Assembly (NCBI RefSeq): GCF_009914755.1
Contig: NC_060926.1
Strand: one strand, 5' to 3'
Source of the DNA: the human T2T-CHM13v2.0 reference genome, Homo sapiens
Length of the DNA stretch: 64,000 nucleotides
The notes beneath the pieces were generated by a model that worked only from the letters and a program-made list of their open reading frames with translations, searched no databases and was not told where the DNA came from. Made by a program: the position numbers and the translations under genes. Positions 29,060 through 43,682 of this stretch are shown in pieces (position 1 is the first letter of the stretch; each line of letters opens with the position of its first letter).

Positions 29060-29590
29060 TTGTTCCACAAATATTTAGTGATTTTCTGTTATGTCCCAGT
29101 CTGGGCTTTGAGGATAAACAGAAAGCAAGGCAAGGGGTTTATTAGCATTGGTAGATGAGTGAGAAAAGACACACCAACAAGGAAATAAACAATTAAAGCA
29201 GGTGCTTCAGAGAGTGATGCTTGCTATTAGGGAAATAAGAAAAAGATGAATGTGAGCGTGATAAGGCGGGGTGCTGGGAGGTGGGGAGGGTAAAGCTGAA
29301 CATTTGAGCTGAGAGCTAAAAGTGACATTGGGGTAAGAATCTGAGTGACGGGAAAAGCTGGTGGTGTTAGGAAAACAGAAAGAAGGATGGTGTGGCTTGG
29401 TATAGGGGTAGGAAGTGGGTGAGAAGAAGGTATCAAAATCTGAGAAGTGGGCAAGGCTGGATGGTGACAGGCCTTGCAGGCCATGGTAACCAGTCTGAAG
29501 GTTATTTCACAGGGGACATGAATGGGGATTATGAAAGGCGTCTGCTACATCCTTTGGTCATGGTGAGGCTTAGGCACTGAAAGGGAAGCA
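29060..29590 (-). mobile_element. L2 fragment
   Basis: TTCCACAAATATTTAGTG antisense L2 terminus followed by a purine-rich body (GGCCTTGCAGGCCATGGTAA). Confidence 0.5.
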
Positions 29591-30991
29591 GGAAATATCA
29601 CTGACTTATGTCTGCCTCTGTCCATCTCTTCCCCTGGCCAGTTTCCTCACCTGTAAAACAGAAGGGATGATAGATTCCATTTATGTCACTCAAAGGGATA
29701 TAATGGGGATTAATTACCATCCTGTCTGTAATATACTTGGAGCTCTTTAGAGAAAGGCACTATATTCCATGAAAGCAAAGCCTTATTCTAATTGTGTATT
29801 TATTGATTAAGTGACAATCATAGACAATGCTTATGGGAAAAATTGTGATCTCTCTGCTGTTCACAAACAAATCCCCTGTGTATAGATATAGAGCATATTT
29901 AAACTTACATATAAGAGTACTGAAGTGGTCATTAACAAGCCTTTTTAGCATCTAATCAGACATTATTAATTAAATTAAAAGCTATGTCAATTAGCATTCA
30001 ATAGACGACAATTTAGTTTCCATGGCACAGATAGTTAAATTAAGGGTTGGGGGTGCACTTTTCCATTCATAATAGAATAGAGGGTTGACTCTCAGAAGAA
30101 TTTTATCTTGGGATAATTTATTGAGATGTGGTGTTTCAAGCAAGCTAATGTCTCTATAGATGGAAACCATATCCTCAGCTCCTCCCCTAAGCTTTAGAAA
30201 TATGTATTTCAAATTAGATATATTTGATCAGTGAACAGAAAGCATTTGTGCCAAAACTAATTTCAGTAGAATTCCAAACGTTCTTACAGGAAGGTATGAA
30301 TTTCACTTTATTATCTAATCCTGTAATACTTTTATCTACTATGACTCTTGAGGAACATAGCTGGGCTTGTTCTTAGCATGCAAAATATGCTGGTCTTTGA
30401 CCTTATATTGGCCTGTGTTCAGAATCTCAGCATGTGTTGACATTCAGATTTGGAAACCAACATTGGTGAATTTTGTTTTTTTTGCTGAGGACTGAAAATG
30501 AATAGTGTATGTGTGTGTGTGTGTGTTTAATAGCACCCACTTTAGATTTGATATTTGCATCTGGCAATATGGTGTTTTAGAGGGAGAACGTCACTATGTG
30601 GACCTCAGCTGAGATTGTTGGTCCAAATGGGTCAGCTTTAGAAATTTATGGTTCAATGAATATATTAAGTTAGGGCAGTATACTTTTAGGTGGTAACAAA
30701 TGGCTTGTCCTTATTTTAATCCTATAAAATACAGTGAAGATCATACTAAACTTTCTGTGTTTGCAACAAATAAAGCTGTTAAAGGATAAACTCAGTGTCA
30801 AGGTTCTGCAAGTATCCTAAGTAGCTATTTATACACTTCATTAATCTTTGTAATTGGCTTGTCTTTTACTGCCATTAATTAGATGATGTAGTATTCCATT
30901 AATAAGAGTGACACACCTCAGCATTTTTACCTTTAATTATAGACTTCATGAGACACTTAGGCTATTGACAAAATGGCTAAATATTGCCTGA

Positions 30992-31099
<108 letters not shown>

Positions 31100-33543
31100 T
31101 AAGTAATTTGGCTTTGTGTTTACACACAATCTGTTTCCCCCTCTGGCAACCTGCAGCTCATGTTTTGCATTAAGAAGACACACCCAGTTGCCACTGCTTT
31201 CCCTGGTGGCTTGTTGATTCAAAAGTGAAAACAAACTGTTGACTGATATGTGAGAACATTTGCTAGTATGGGAAATAAAACATTGTATTGTCTTCTACCT
31301 CCTTTATAAGTTGACAATTTTATGCATAGTATAAGTATGTGTGTAATTCACATTCACTATGGCTCTGTCAATGTATCTCTCTCTATGGCTTTTTTTTTCC
31401 CCCTTCAGGGTAATCGATAGAGTAGTATCATCCTATTTTCTACAAAACAAGAAAATCCACCATCACATATCAGTCAGGTTTAAATTCATTGAATAACTAA
31501 ATTCAGTTAGATTTTGTTAGGGCTATGCATTCAAGGATAGCCTCTCCTTTGCTCTTATCTCCTGAATACTGAAAGGAAGAAATTATTTGTTTCTCTTTGA
31601 GGCTATTCCAAACCTGAGGCATCTCGTGGCTGTGCAATACTGTTTCTAAATAAAGTGTAAATTCCTGATTTGGGGCGAAGCTGAGATTATGTACCAAGTA
31701 CCAGCCAACAATATTCTGACTCAATGTACAGCAGTGTGGCAATGAGGCTTTGAGAAAGTATGATTTATTACCCTTTGTGAATGTGCTGAAAGCCAGGTTT
31801 CATATAATCACCCAGGACTAGTGTCATATTTGAAGGGTATCGAAATCCAATATCCTCTAAAAGTAAGTGTATCTAATTAATTGTCCTAATATTTTTAGAT
31901 TAGTGTTTATGATGGGGAAACCTTATCCTCTTTGAAGTAAAATCCAGAAAAGGCCCAAAGCCTGGGCTGGGGAAGGGGAGAACTAGGAATGCCAGTTTGC
32001 AGACAGAAGTATTTCTTTCTGTTCAATAAGTGTCAAAGATTAATATTACAGAATCTCTGATTACATGGCCTAATCCATTTTGGTGAATAAATTTGTTCTT
32101 GATGTCTATTGCACCTACATTAACAGACCCTTCTCTGTTAGAGAGCCTGGGAGCCTTTGGGAGAGATTTCAGATATATTAAACCCCATTACAGAAAATGT
32201 AATTTCTGTCAATATAATCCCATGTATTCTTCAATTTAGTATTTTAGAGATAACAAGCTACTTACAATATATTTGCCTTTGGAGGATTAATTTACAAAGT
32301 GCACTATCTGCAAGACACAGACAGACTCACATAAGAATTGCTTGTAAGGGTTATCAATTTCTATGACCTTACTGCTGCCTTGAGAGATCAATTTTTGCAG
32401 CCCTTTTCATCAGTGGATGGTAAACCAAGCAAAGGCATACTACATCTAAATGTGTTACTACGAGTTGTGTGGCTGCTGAGGTTTTTTGTTTGCCTATTTC
32501 TACCTGCTACTGTGTCTTAATTTTCAAGGCTGTTAATACTACATATTGGAAATTTCAAATATGTAATAATTTCATATTTGAAATATGAAATTTCAAATAT
32601 GTAATATTTGAAATATAATATCCTGGATGATATTATAGGGGAGACCATCAATTTTGCGTGCACATCTAGATTCATGTATCTGTATTTTAAAACTTAAAGC
32701 TGATGTTGAGACAGTTTTAATACAATGGAGGCTGCACAAATGTCCGCATTTCCCTGGGAAGTGTTCCTGTTTGCGGGCAAAGGAGTGGCAGGACAAGCTC
32801 TCTAGTTAAGAAACGAAAAGCGCTGTCATTCAGGGGATCTATCCTGTGAGCCATCTCTCTTCCTCTGCAGGGTTGCTAGCAAACTCCACTCATAAACACA
32901 GTTACCAGAGAACAAATCCCAATACAAGTTGCTTACTATGGGTGGACGGCCTTATTATGGGATATTTCCTGTGAATGCAGGAAGAGGAAGGCATTCTTGT
33001 GACTTCAAGCAATATATATATACACACAGTTTTCTAAATTCTATGCACAGTCTCTGCCGGAGAGCAATCTTCCTAATCAGTCCATGATCACAATTCGACT
33101 TTCTCAGTTTTGTAACCAGAAGGGAGAGAAAGGATGTTTAAAAAGTTTTAATTCACACTCTAAAATAATTTTAAAGTATATGCAGACTTTACCCTAAACT
33201 TCACACTGCTATTCAATTCTGCACGGGTAAATAACTTAAAAATAGCTTTTAATTAGTTATTTGGGACAGAAACACAATTCTGTGCTTAACTGCCACTTTG
33301 TGCAGTGTGTGGTTTCTCTCTACTTGTATATATATGGAGTTAGAAGTGGCTTTTGCTTGCACCACAGTGCTTTGCATTTGGCAATTGTTTCAACATTTAA
33401 CAATGTTGTTTGCTGTAGAAAATGTCCCTCAAGTAACTAAAAGTTGTAAGAGAGATTGTTTTTCTTTGGTTTGACAAATAATGACAATACCATGTTTGAT
33501 TTGAATTTTTAATGGTTTATTAATTTTTATAGAAACCTCTTCC

Positions 33544-33862
33544 TGTTTTGTTTTGTTTTGTTTTGTTTTGTTTTGTTTTGTTTTGATACCGAGTCCTGCT
33601 CTGTTGTCCGGGCTGGAGTGCAGTGGTGTGAACATGGCTCACTGCAACCTCCAACTCCTAGCTCAAGTAATCCTCCTGACTCAGCCTCCCCAGTAGTTGG
33701 GAATACAGGCATATGCCACCATGCCCAGTTAATTTTTTTTTCTTTTGTTGAGGCAGGGGTTTTGCTATGTTGCCCAGGCTGGTCTCTAACTCCAGGGCTC
33801 AAGAGATCCACCCACTTCAGCCTCCCAAAGTGCTGGGATTACAGGCGTGAGCTACTGCACCC
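33544..33862 (-). mobile_element. AluJ, antisense, with (TTTTG)n tail
   Basis: Pentamer tail at 33545-33585; TATGTTGCCCAGGCTGGTCT...GGCTCAAG...CCTCCCAAAGTGCTGGGATTACAGGCGTGAG. Confidence 0.93.
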
Positions 33863-35096
33863 ACTTATAAACATTTTTTATAAAAAATGTTTTTCATCTT
33901 AGCTATACTGAGCATCGGTACAAGTTATTTTCTACTAAAAATAATAATTTTGAAAATGTCATCATTAGTATTTCTGTGTTTCCCTTTCATTTATTTATCT
34001 ACAACTTTTAAACATCTGTGTCTTCCTTCTTGGATTTCTTAAAACTTGTTAATACACATGTACATTTTTGTATGAACTATGAGTCACTGTTGAAATGCAA
34101 TTCAATAAAATGCTGAAGGACAGGTTGAGTGTAGATCAGTCATAATTATTAGCAGTAACATAATGTATCAAAATATATAATATGTAAGTGAAAAATATAA
34201 ACTCATGTCTAGTTGTTAGAGTGTCATAGAAATCCTGGCTGATGCAGTTTTAAGTTAGGCTTTGACTGAAAAATAGACAAGAAGTTTGCTACATTTTAAT
34301 GGTTCTTTCACTTCATCACTGAACTAATTTTACATTTCTCGAATTGACAGTGATATATACTACCTGCCTCAGGTGGCTAAGGCTAAAGTACATGGGATTT
34401 GAGGGGAGAAAGGCAAAAGAGGAGAGAACTTAAAAGTAAAACAATAAGACTGATTTGATTAATTAAGAGAAAATCTGGAAAAAAGAAAATCTCGTTATAA
34501 CTCTTATTTTGGTCCAATTGTCAGAATAAAAATGGAGAGAAAGAATCTTAAAATGGTTGGCATCAGTACTTACAGCATGTGGGCCCTAGGATGGAATGTG
34601 AAATTTATTAGATGTGACATTGTGGGCCAAGTCTATGCCAATAAATTTTTTGAGAATTGAGGCAATTATGTAAATAATTTGAGTAAAATATTTTTAAATA
34701 AATTATCTAAGTATTTGATGTGACTGCATATTTTTAAAAAATCAACCTCCATAACTAGTTGTCTAAATATTTCAATCTAGTATGTTGTGGTTGACTTAGA
34801 TTTAAAAGTGTAATCATTTTCGAAACATAATATGCACCAGAGATTTATGTATTCTTCCTTCTTTGGTCCCTTGCTCCCAATTATAATTTTATCCAAAAAT
34901 GATAAATAATAGCATCAGGGGCTTTTGTCTCTTTGCTTTTTTACTGTTGTTGTGGTTTTAACAAATACTTATGTTATATCAGCAGTGCAAACATTACCAA
35001 TATGCAAATGTTTTAGTAATTTAAGTAGAAACATCTTAAATTTTGAGATTAGATGGTTGTTTAGACCTTTAAGTATTTAAGTAGAACTTTATGGAA

Positions 35097-35097
<1 letters not shown>

Positions 35098-35128
<31 letters not shown>
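35098..35128. repeat. (AC)15 microsatellite
   Basis: Uninterrupted AC run. Confidence 0.95.
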
Positions 35129-35131
<3 letters not shown>

Positions 35132-38100
35132 AATACTTGGTTGTTTTTTCTCCTGAATAGACCAACTTAATTTTTTTATATTGAAAATGTGAGTGTAGAA
35201 TGGTCAGATAAAAATTCCCTTATACATGATCACACCAGTGTTGCGGACCTGGGAATTCCCTGTGATGAAAACTTATCTCTTGTACTTGTGTCGTACTTAC
35301 TGGATGCCTCAGTTGCCTCCTGCCTCAGCAGAGTTTTGGCCTAGGGTGTACTGAATACATTTTACAGTTTCTTTGTTTACTACTCCTCATCCAAACACTT
35401 TCCTATTAAGTTCTGATATTAAATGATTATCCCTTTATGCTCTGAGAAGGCAATATGGGTTTTAGGTGCAAAATATATAGTGTATGTGAAATACAGTATT
35501 TATATATAGAGAAAAATTATTCTCCATCAAGAGAGCATATAAAATTCCAGGTTCCATCCTAGCAGCCAAGATGACACTGTTCAGAACTATGGTACTCTAC
35601 ATTTCTTAGATTTAGTGCTCATACCAGATTTTCCTAGTTATTTCATTTATTGCTTTCAAAGCTGCAAAGCATTCAGGCATCACTTCCCATTTATTATGAG
35701 TGGGAAAAAAGTATGTTATCCTTGGAGATTTATGCCACTGGCAAGTAAAAATGTAAACTTATTTTTTAAAAATAAGATCTCCTTTATTATAATAAACAGA
35801 TTCAACTGTTAAAGGTCAAGTTTCTTTCTGAGTTATGGTAATAATATAGCAAATACTTTTACAAATAATCAAAGATTCTATAAATATAGGTACCTGTTTA
35901 GATGTAAATGTTAAAACATTCACAAATTATCCTTTCAACTTCTGTGATCTAAAAATCAATAGGGGTCATAGGGTTTCATAGAATTGTTCTGCTTTTTCTT
36001 CCAACATAATTTAATAATACATTTTACAGATGTTGTTTGAATATTAGACACAGATTGTTTTGTCAATAAAGTTAAACAGAGGTATGACACAAAAGCAAGG
36101 AAAACAGATGTAAAAAAAAGAAAAAAACAGTACACGATGCAAGAAGCTCTGGGTCACTTGTTTGCTATTCAACTACAAAATTAAAGTGTGGGCTGTATGG
36201 TGATTTTCCTTGCCTAGGAATCACCTAGGGATGGAACAGCTTCACACATAGAAAGTAATTGTATTAAGCAGGTGGTTTAACTTTTTCCCTTGAGAATTGA
36301 AGTGTAACCTACATTTAAAGTAGACTTCCTAATTGATCAATGGAGTAACAGGTGCGGTATATTAAAAAGAAAAAGGAGAAATATAAATGGAAGAACTCCC
36401 CAGAATATTTCAGAATGGGTTGTTGTTCTTCAAGCCTCGGTTAATTGCTATGCTTTTCACCTTGAGTGTCAATTCTAATAATATTACCTTTACAGACGCT
36501 TACTCTGGGCTTAGATTATAGCAATCAGTAATACTCACTAGATAAAATACTGTCTAGTTGCTCATAAGAAAATATTGAAATCAGTCAAAAAATGTTTAGC
36601 TTGCATATTGCCTGAGACAGAGCTGGCGGGGCGCCAGACAGGCAGGGTATTATTAGGAAAGCTGAGCAAATAGCTCGCAGGGAAAAGAGCTGTGAATTTA
36701 GAAACCTTCAGGTATTGTCATGTCAGAGAGTCTTAAGAGTTCAACAGAGACACTGCTTTTTTTTTCCTTCAGATTTAAAAAATTTCCAACAAACAATCTT
36801 CTTTGAAAATGACTCTGCAGTCTGTTAAATATACTTTGTTGTAAGTTTTACACCATAAGTTTACTCAGAGCTTTTCCCCACTGCATAAAATCACATCGTT
36901 AATACTGTTAAAGACGAAAGCTCCTTATGAAAGAGTACACTTTGAAACACTGTGCTGGCTGGAAAAACCCTGCCCCTTCCACCATGGGGCCCTAAGTCTA
37001 GGTGAGAAAAGAAATGAAGGTCTAGGATGTAGGAAGGGTGGATTTGAAAGTCCAAATATGGTTTTGTGTAACCACTGTTTCTCCTCCAGCCAGCATTCAA
37101 AGGCAGTTGCTGAGCTTCTCAGGAGGACAAGACACTAGCTGGAAGCTGCAATCCAGCTGGTACAACCTGAGGAATTATGTCGGGACCCTGTAGGGTTGGG
37201 GTTCAAGTGAGGCTCAGAGTTGAGTGAGTTGGGAGACTGATTTACCCAGCAGGGACCCAATGTTTCTGAATATCCATGATTCATTTCAAGGCAATGAAAC
37301 CAGTGACAACGGAGGTTGACTTTGAACATGGTATGCAGGTCAGCACAACTTGTTGCAAATCCTAATTAAGCCAGTCTTCTTGTTTTCAGTGTGTCTGTAA
37401 GTATCTGGTCAGAGAAATGCAAACAACAGGCTGTGGGTCATGCAACCCGATGGGGCAGGACTTGACTCCCATTTCCCTGGAGAGGGCATAGGGATGAGGG
37501 GCTGAGAGGTGTCACGGTCAAGGGGGAAGAGCTTGGCTACGCCTCATCCATAGGTGGCTAAGGTGTAAGCCTCATGACAATTTAAAATTTACACAGGGCA
37601 AGTATGGGAAGGGGAAATGCAGGGACAGGTCGCTGCAATCAAAACATTTCATCCCTCATCCCTACTCCTTGGATTTGGGCGACAGTGTCCTCTGGTTTAA
37701 AATGGACAAGTAGGACGAATTAGTCAGGACTCAAAGGACTCTTTTAGCTGTAATATTCTAGACTGTGTAATAATGTGAATCAAAGAGAAGTAAAGTGTGC
37801 GCTCTGAAACTCTCATTCCAGCTTTATCCTAGGAGTGGGGAAGGAAAAAAAATACTTTGATAAGGAGACAAACAGAGAAATTAATTAAAAAGTTGTAGTT
37901 GTAACTTTCCTCATCTTACATAAGCAAATCAAACACTGTAAAATAAAAACTAGATGAAATTAAACATTATCACAAGACATGAAAAAGATGTGTGCTGTCA
38001 TTTTAGGATTCATAATAAAGATAAATCAGTTGTTTTTAGCAGTGTGCTATGAGTCTATGAAGGGCATGACAGATAATAGGCTCGAAATTTCTGAAGTTAT

Positions 38101-38323
38101 TGTACAGCAAAATTTGTTTTTTCCTCAGGCATTCAATCTTTTTCTCCAGTAATTTTGAACATGACAAACTTTTTAGTGGATGCATTAATAATCTATAAGT
38201 AATGGGTTGTCAGGTGTCAGTTAGATAAGATTAAAAGACTGTTTAAGCATTATCCATTTGCTTCTTTGCATGAGTTTTATAGGTCAGCAGAAATAACTTT
38301 TTGAATTGTGGTTGTGTGTACGT

Positions 38324-38325
<2 letters not shown>

Positions 38326-38363
<38 letters not shown>
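38326..38363. repeat. (TC)n microsatellite
   Basis: TC run with one G interruption. Confidence 0.9.
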
Positions 38364-40336
38364 CACCCCCCAAACCCCCCTCCCTCTTTCATTTGGCTCC
38401 ACTCCAAGTATACGTGGAAGAACCGTATTACATTCCATAAATCCTGTATGTAAGAGCAGATTTGAAACTCACTATGTGAATCAAGGGGACAAATGTCTCA
38501 GCTGTCTTCTGTAAATGTATTTTAGTTTTTAAAATGTTACTCTTCATCTTCTCAAAGGAAGCTCTGTAAGGGGAAACAAACTCGGCTAAGAGGGGCATTG
38601 AAGCTTTAGACATTAGTAGTTTCCTAGCAAGTCAGGTTTAGGTCTATTCTTGTCAAATATGTCTTAAGTGTGTTTACATATAGTTTGCCTTTCTGGTATT
38701 TTCTGCTTGCACAGACCTGATCTCCACCTATTTTGTGTCAACAGTTGCTGAGGCTGGTGTTGGGTGATTAACCGTTAAGCACGGAAGCGCAGTACCCAGA
38801 GAGACCCTCTCTCTCCTCTCACTTACATCATCATCTGGCTTCAGGCTGTGCCTACAGAAAACAAACAGCATTTTTGAGTGGTTAAAAAGTCAGCCTGAAA
38901 TATTAAAAAATGGGGCAAATGTTGCCTCCTGGTTGAATAGAACAGTTTTCTTGAAAAATGGAGTGGAGCCAGGGGCTCGGGGGAAGGAAGTGTTTCCGAG
39001 GGCAAACGTTGGTCTTAGATCCGGTCTGCATTGCTCCAGTGTGTGCACGCCGAGGAGCTTTCTGTAGACGCTGAGGGTTATGTTCTGCTTCGTTTTTGAT
39101 TTTCAAGGGGAAAGAGGACATACAAAACAAAAACAAAAAAAAACCTACAACAACATGGATGCCTGTAACTTTGGCAAATATAAGGCTGTCCTGTTCAATG
39201 CCCTCATAAATCATTAATATTTTCCTGTCTATTTTATTTTCATTCTTACAACGCTCTTAGCCTGACCCCTTAATATGGAAAATAATTAACTCTTTCATGC
39301 TCCTGATGCCTGAACAATAACAAATAAACAAAAGAATATTAATCTGTTCCGACATATTTGAGAGGTTTCTTTTCCTTTTTACCCTCTTAACTAACCAGTG
39401 CCTCACAAGATTAGATCCTATGGTTGAAGAAGGGGAAAAGTATTTCCTTTTTCAAACACATTAACTCCTCCAGGTCTGGGGGAGATGATTGGAGCTACAT
39501 GTAACTTAGCTCAAAAATAAATGTCCTGCCTTTGGTGAGATCTGGCTTAATATTGATAAAGTCACTTTTTTTTTTTTTTTCAAAAACAATATGTTGCCTA
39601 CGGATGGAAGTTAATGCACCATGTAATTATACACACATACACACGTGCATGTAAGTTTTCAGTATTTTTACTCTAGGATGCTAACTAAATCAAATGCAAA
39701 CCAGTAGTCTTGAGGTTTGTTGTCTGGTTGAAGGGTTTTGTTGGCCTATATCACTAGGACATCTGCAGTGGTTGACTTTGTTTGTTTGCTAGTTTGGGTC
39801 ATAGTTCAGATGTACTTGGAAAGGGCCGGGGAGTGGGTAGGGGGATGTTTTAAAAGCTTATGGAAAGAATTGAACATGTACAAAAAGATATAGGATCTCA
39901 GCCCCCTGGCTGGTTACCTGACAATACTGTTTACAGAAAGGAAAGTATAGTAGGTTATGGCAGAGATTCCTATCCTCAGGACTTGGGGCGGGGTGGGAGG
40001 GGGCGCAGAGAGGGGGTAGCGGGGCACATAAGAAGCATGTCACAATCATTTTGAGTGAATATAGTATTTAAAAAGCATATCGAGAATTAAATTTTGTTTT
40101 TAGTCATGCTATTTCTTTTGAAATTGCAAATAACAAAGGAATATAAGATTTTTGATGTGTCGAAAGGGAGCATGGATTAAAATTTTAGAAACCCTATGCT
40201 ACAGAACCATAAAGTAAAAATCCTGGGAGGGAGGGAATTTATGCATCATACGACAGATGAGGCTCAGGGCTAATTAGAGGCAGGGCTAGGACTGGTTCCT
40301 AGTCCAGTGCTTCTTCCAGTCCACTAGAATGTACTT

Positions 40337-40815
40337 ATTTTTAACAGCTTTATTGAGATATAATTCATAAACCATCATTTCACCCATTTAATTCAATGGT
40401 TTTTAGTGTGTTCACAGAGTTGTGTAACCATCCCCATAGTCAATTAAAAGACATTTTCACCACCTTAAAAAGAAGCCTTGTACCCTTTAGCTATTGCCCC
40501 TCTTTATACTTCCGTCTCTCTCTCCAACAGCTCCTGGCAACCACTAATCTACTTTCTGTCTCTATATTTGCCTATTCTAGACATTTCACCAATGTGATCA
40601 TGGAATACGTGGTATTTTGAGACTGGCTTTTTTCACTAAGCATAATGTTTGCAAGGTTCATCCATGTCATAGCATGTATTATCAGCACTTCATTCCCTTT
40701 CAAGGCTGAGCAATGTTCCATTGTATGGATATAAGGTATCTTTTTTTTACCTATTTATCAGTGGATGGGCATTTGATATTCATCTCTTACCATTATAAGC
40801 GTTCATATACAAGTT
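40337..40815 (-). mobile_element. old L1 (L1MB-like) 3' end fragment
   Basis: TTTTAACAGCTTTATTGAGATATAATTCA...GGCAACCACTAATCTACTTTCTGTCTCTAT...CAAGGTTCATCCATGT, typical of antisense L1M 3'UTRs. Confidence 0.8.
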
Positions 40816-41072
40816 TTGGTACCATTAAGTATTTTTGGGAATGACAGTATAGCAACAAAGACCTGTCTTAGGTTTGTATAATTTGAAAAGCACTTTTCAT
40901 TCGATCATCCCAATTTCAGCACCTAAACACTGCTAGAAAACTTGCCGGTGAGTGGCAGTTTTCCCACTCAGTTCTCATATTCTTCTCACTACACACTGCT
41001 CTCACTTTCCCCGCCACTGGGTAGTGTTTTGACTGTGATAATTACGAGTGATGTTCAAAGAAAAGGAAAGTT

Positions 41073-41403
<331 letters not shown>

Positions 41404-41932
41404 GGGTAGTCACACTGAAATCCAGCAACTCAGCAGTAAAATGCACAAAGTTCCCTCGAAATGACTTAGATGACCATAAGCATTTTCAAAGATTTGACAG
41501 ATTCCAAGATGTCATTTTGCTAATGTTATTGTCTTTATTCGAGAGATTGTTTTCCTTTAAGTGTGTTTCCATTTGTATTTTAAAGGTCTACAGGTTACAT
41601 ATTGACATATATTATTACATAGAGCTTAGGTTTCAAGCTTTACTCATTAAAACAGAGGTCACAGTGAACATTCCAAGGATGCATGCAAGCCTCCATTCAA
41701 GTCAAATCATCTTCATTGTGCCATTCTATAGCCTAATTTCATAACCAGACGGAACTAGAAATCAAGCTAAATTTTGAGATATCCTCTCTTGACATGAGCA
41801 GAGACTCCAGGTCTAGAGGTTTATGGTTGCTGAAGACTTGGAGAACTGAGGCAACTACAGGCAAGATCCTAGAGAAAGGAAGGAGCTCAAAGGTACTCCA
41901 ATATGGAGCTAAGATTCTTTAATACCTGATTA

Positions 41933-42260
<328 letters not shown>

Positions 42261-42357
42261 CCTGATGTATATGGGGGCTGGTTGCCATTCTAACACAACG
42301 GGGTTTTAAATTATTTGGGGGAAACTTTCTTTGGAAAATAAAGCATATTTGATCATT

Positions 42358-42488
42358 AAGGTGACCATGCATCCCACTTTCCTGGGAGGCTCATGGTTTA
42401 TGCCTGTTGCCCAGTGTAATTGTTAACAGTGCCTCTTCACTCTCAAACGTGTCCCAGTTTAGATGACAAATTATCTGCTCATCATATT
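42358..42488. mobile_element. MER94-like hAT-Blackjack relic
   Basis: GGTGACCAT...TTTATGCCTGTTG...CACTCTCAAACGTGTCCCAGTTT...AAATTAT resembles the recalled MER94 consensus. Confidence 0.55.
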
Positions 42489-42889
42489 TATAATAGAGAT
42501 TGGCAGAAAACTAGAATTTGCTTTAAATAGATACATTTATTCAGTAATGTGTAAGGGATGTTTTGTTAGATTCAATTTTATTGACTTCTTGTGAATATGG
42601 AAAAATTGGAATTTAAATGAAAAATGGTTCATCTATTAAACTAAAGAGAGACACTTCTGTTCTTTGAAGACATTATTATACCTATTTTAGCTTTTTCATT
42701 AGTAGAGGAAGTTTTGCTATATTATCCTAGATCATGCTATTGCTTCTACATTGTGCTAATAATCATTTTAAATCTATATTCTAAACCACTATTTTTTTTA
42801 GCTCCATAAGGTTATACAAACTCAAATTTGGCAAATTGTCTGTTACATGTAAGTAAATATTTTATATTTACTTAAATATAAATATAAAC

Positions 42890-43165
42890 CCTGTCTCATT
42901 CTGTTGCCTAGGCCGGAATGCCGTGGTGTGATCATGATTCACTGCAGCCTCCACCTCCTGGATTTAAGCAATCCTCCCACTTCAGCTTCCCTAGTAGCTG
43001 GGACTACAGGTGTGCACAACCAGACCCAGCTAATTTTTACATTTTTTGTAGAGACAGGGTTTTACCATGTTGCCCATGGTGATCTTATACTCCAGGCTCA
43101 AATGATCCTCCTGCCTTGGCCTCCAAAAGTGCTGGTATTATAGGCATAAGCCACAACTCCCTGCC
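42890..43165 (-). mobile_element. AluJ, antisense
   Basis: CACTGCAGCCTCCACCTCCTGG...AGCAATCCTCCCACTTCAGC...CCATGTTGCCCA. Confidence 0.9.
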
Positions 43166-43378
43166 ATCACTTTTTTTTTTTTTTTTTTTTAGGATGAAGT
43201 CATTTCAAAATTTGCTTTCAAGGAAAATTTTCTGTAATATATACCAAGTGATGAATTATTTGAAATTTATTTTAATGCCTAAGGCCAAAATAATACATGA
43301 GTTTTGATATTACTTTGCATCATCATTGTCAACTAGTGATTGGTTCATTTCACAAGCTGCTTTAAAGAGAATTTTAGT

Positions 43379-43682
43379 GGCTGGGTGCAGTGTCTCACAC
43401 CCAGCACTTTGGGAGGCCGAGGAGGTTGGATGGCTTGAGCTCAGGAGTTTGAGATCAGCCTGGGCAACATAGTGAAACCTTGTCTCTACAAAAAAAACAA
43501 AACGACAAAAACTAGCTAGGCATGGTGATGCATAACTGTAGTCCTCGGAGGCTGAAGTGGGAGGATCACTCGAGCCAGGGAGGTGGAGGTTGCTAAGCTG
43601 TGATAGTGCCACTACACTCCAGCCTGGGCAACAGAGTGAGACTCTGTCTCAAAAAAAAAAAAAGAAAGAAAAGAAAAGAAAA
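43379..43682 (+). mobile_element. AluJ with small deletions
   Basis: GGCTGGGTGCAGTG start, GGGAGGATCACTCGAGCCAGGG, (AAAAG)n tail. Confidence 0.92.
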
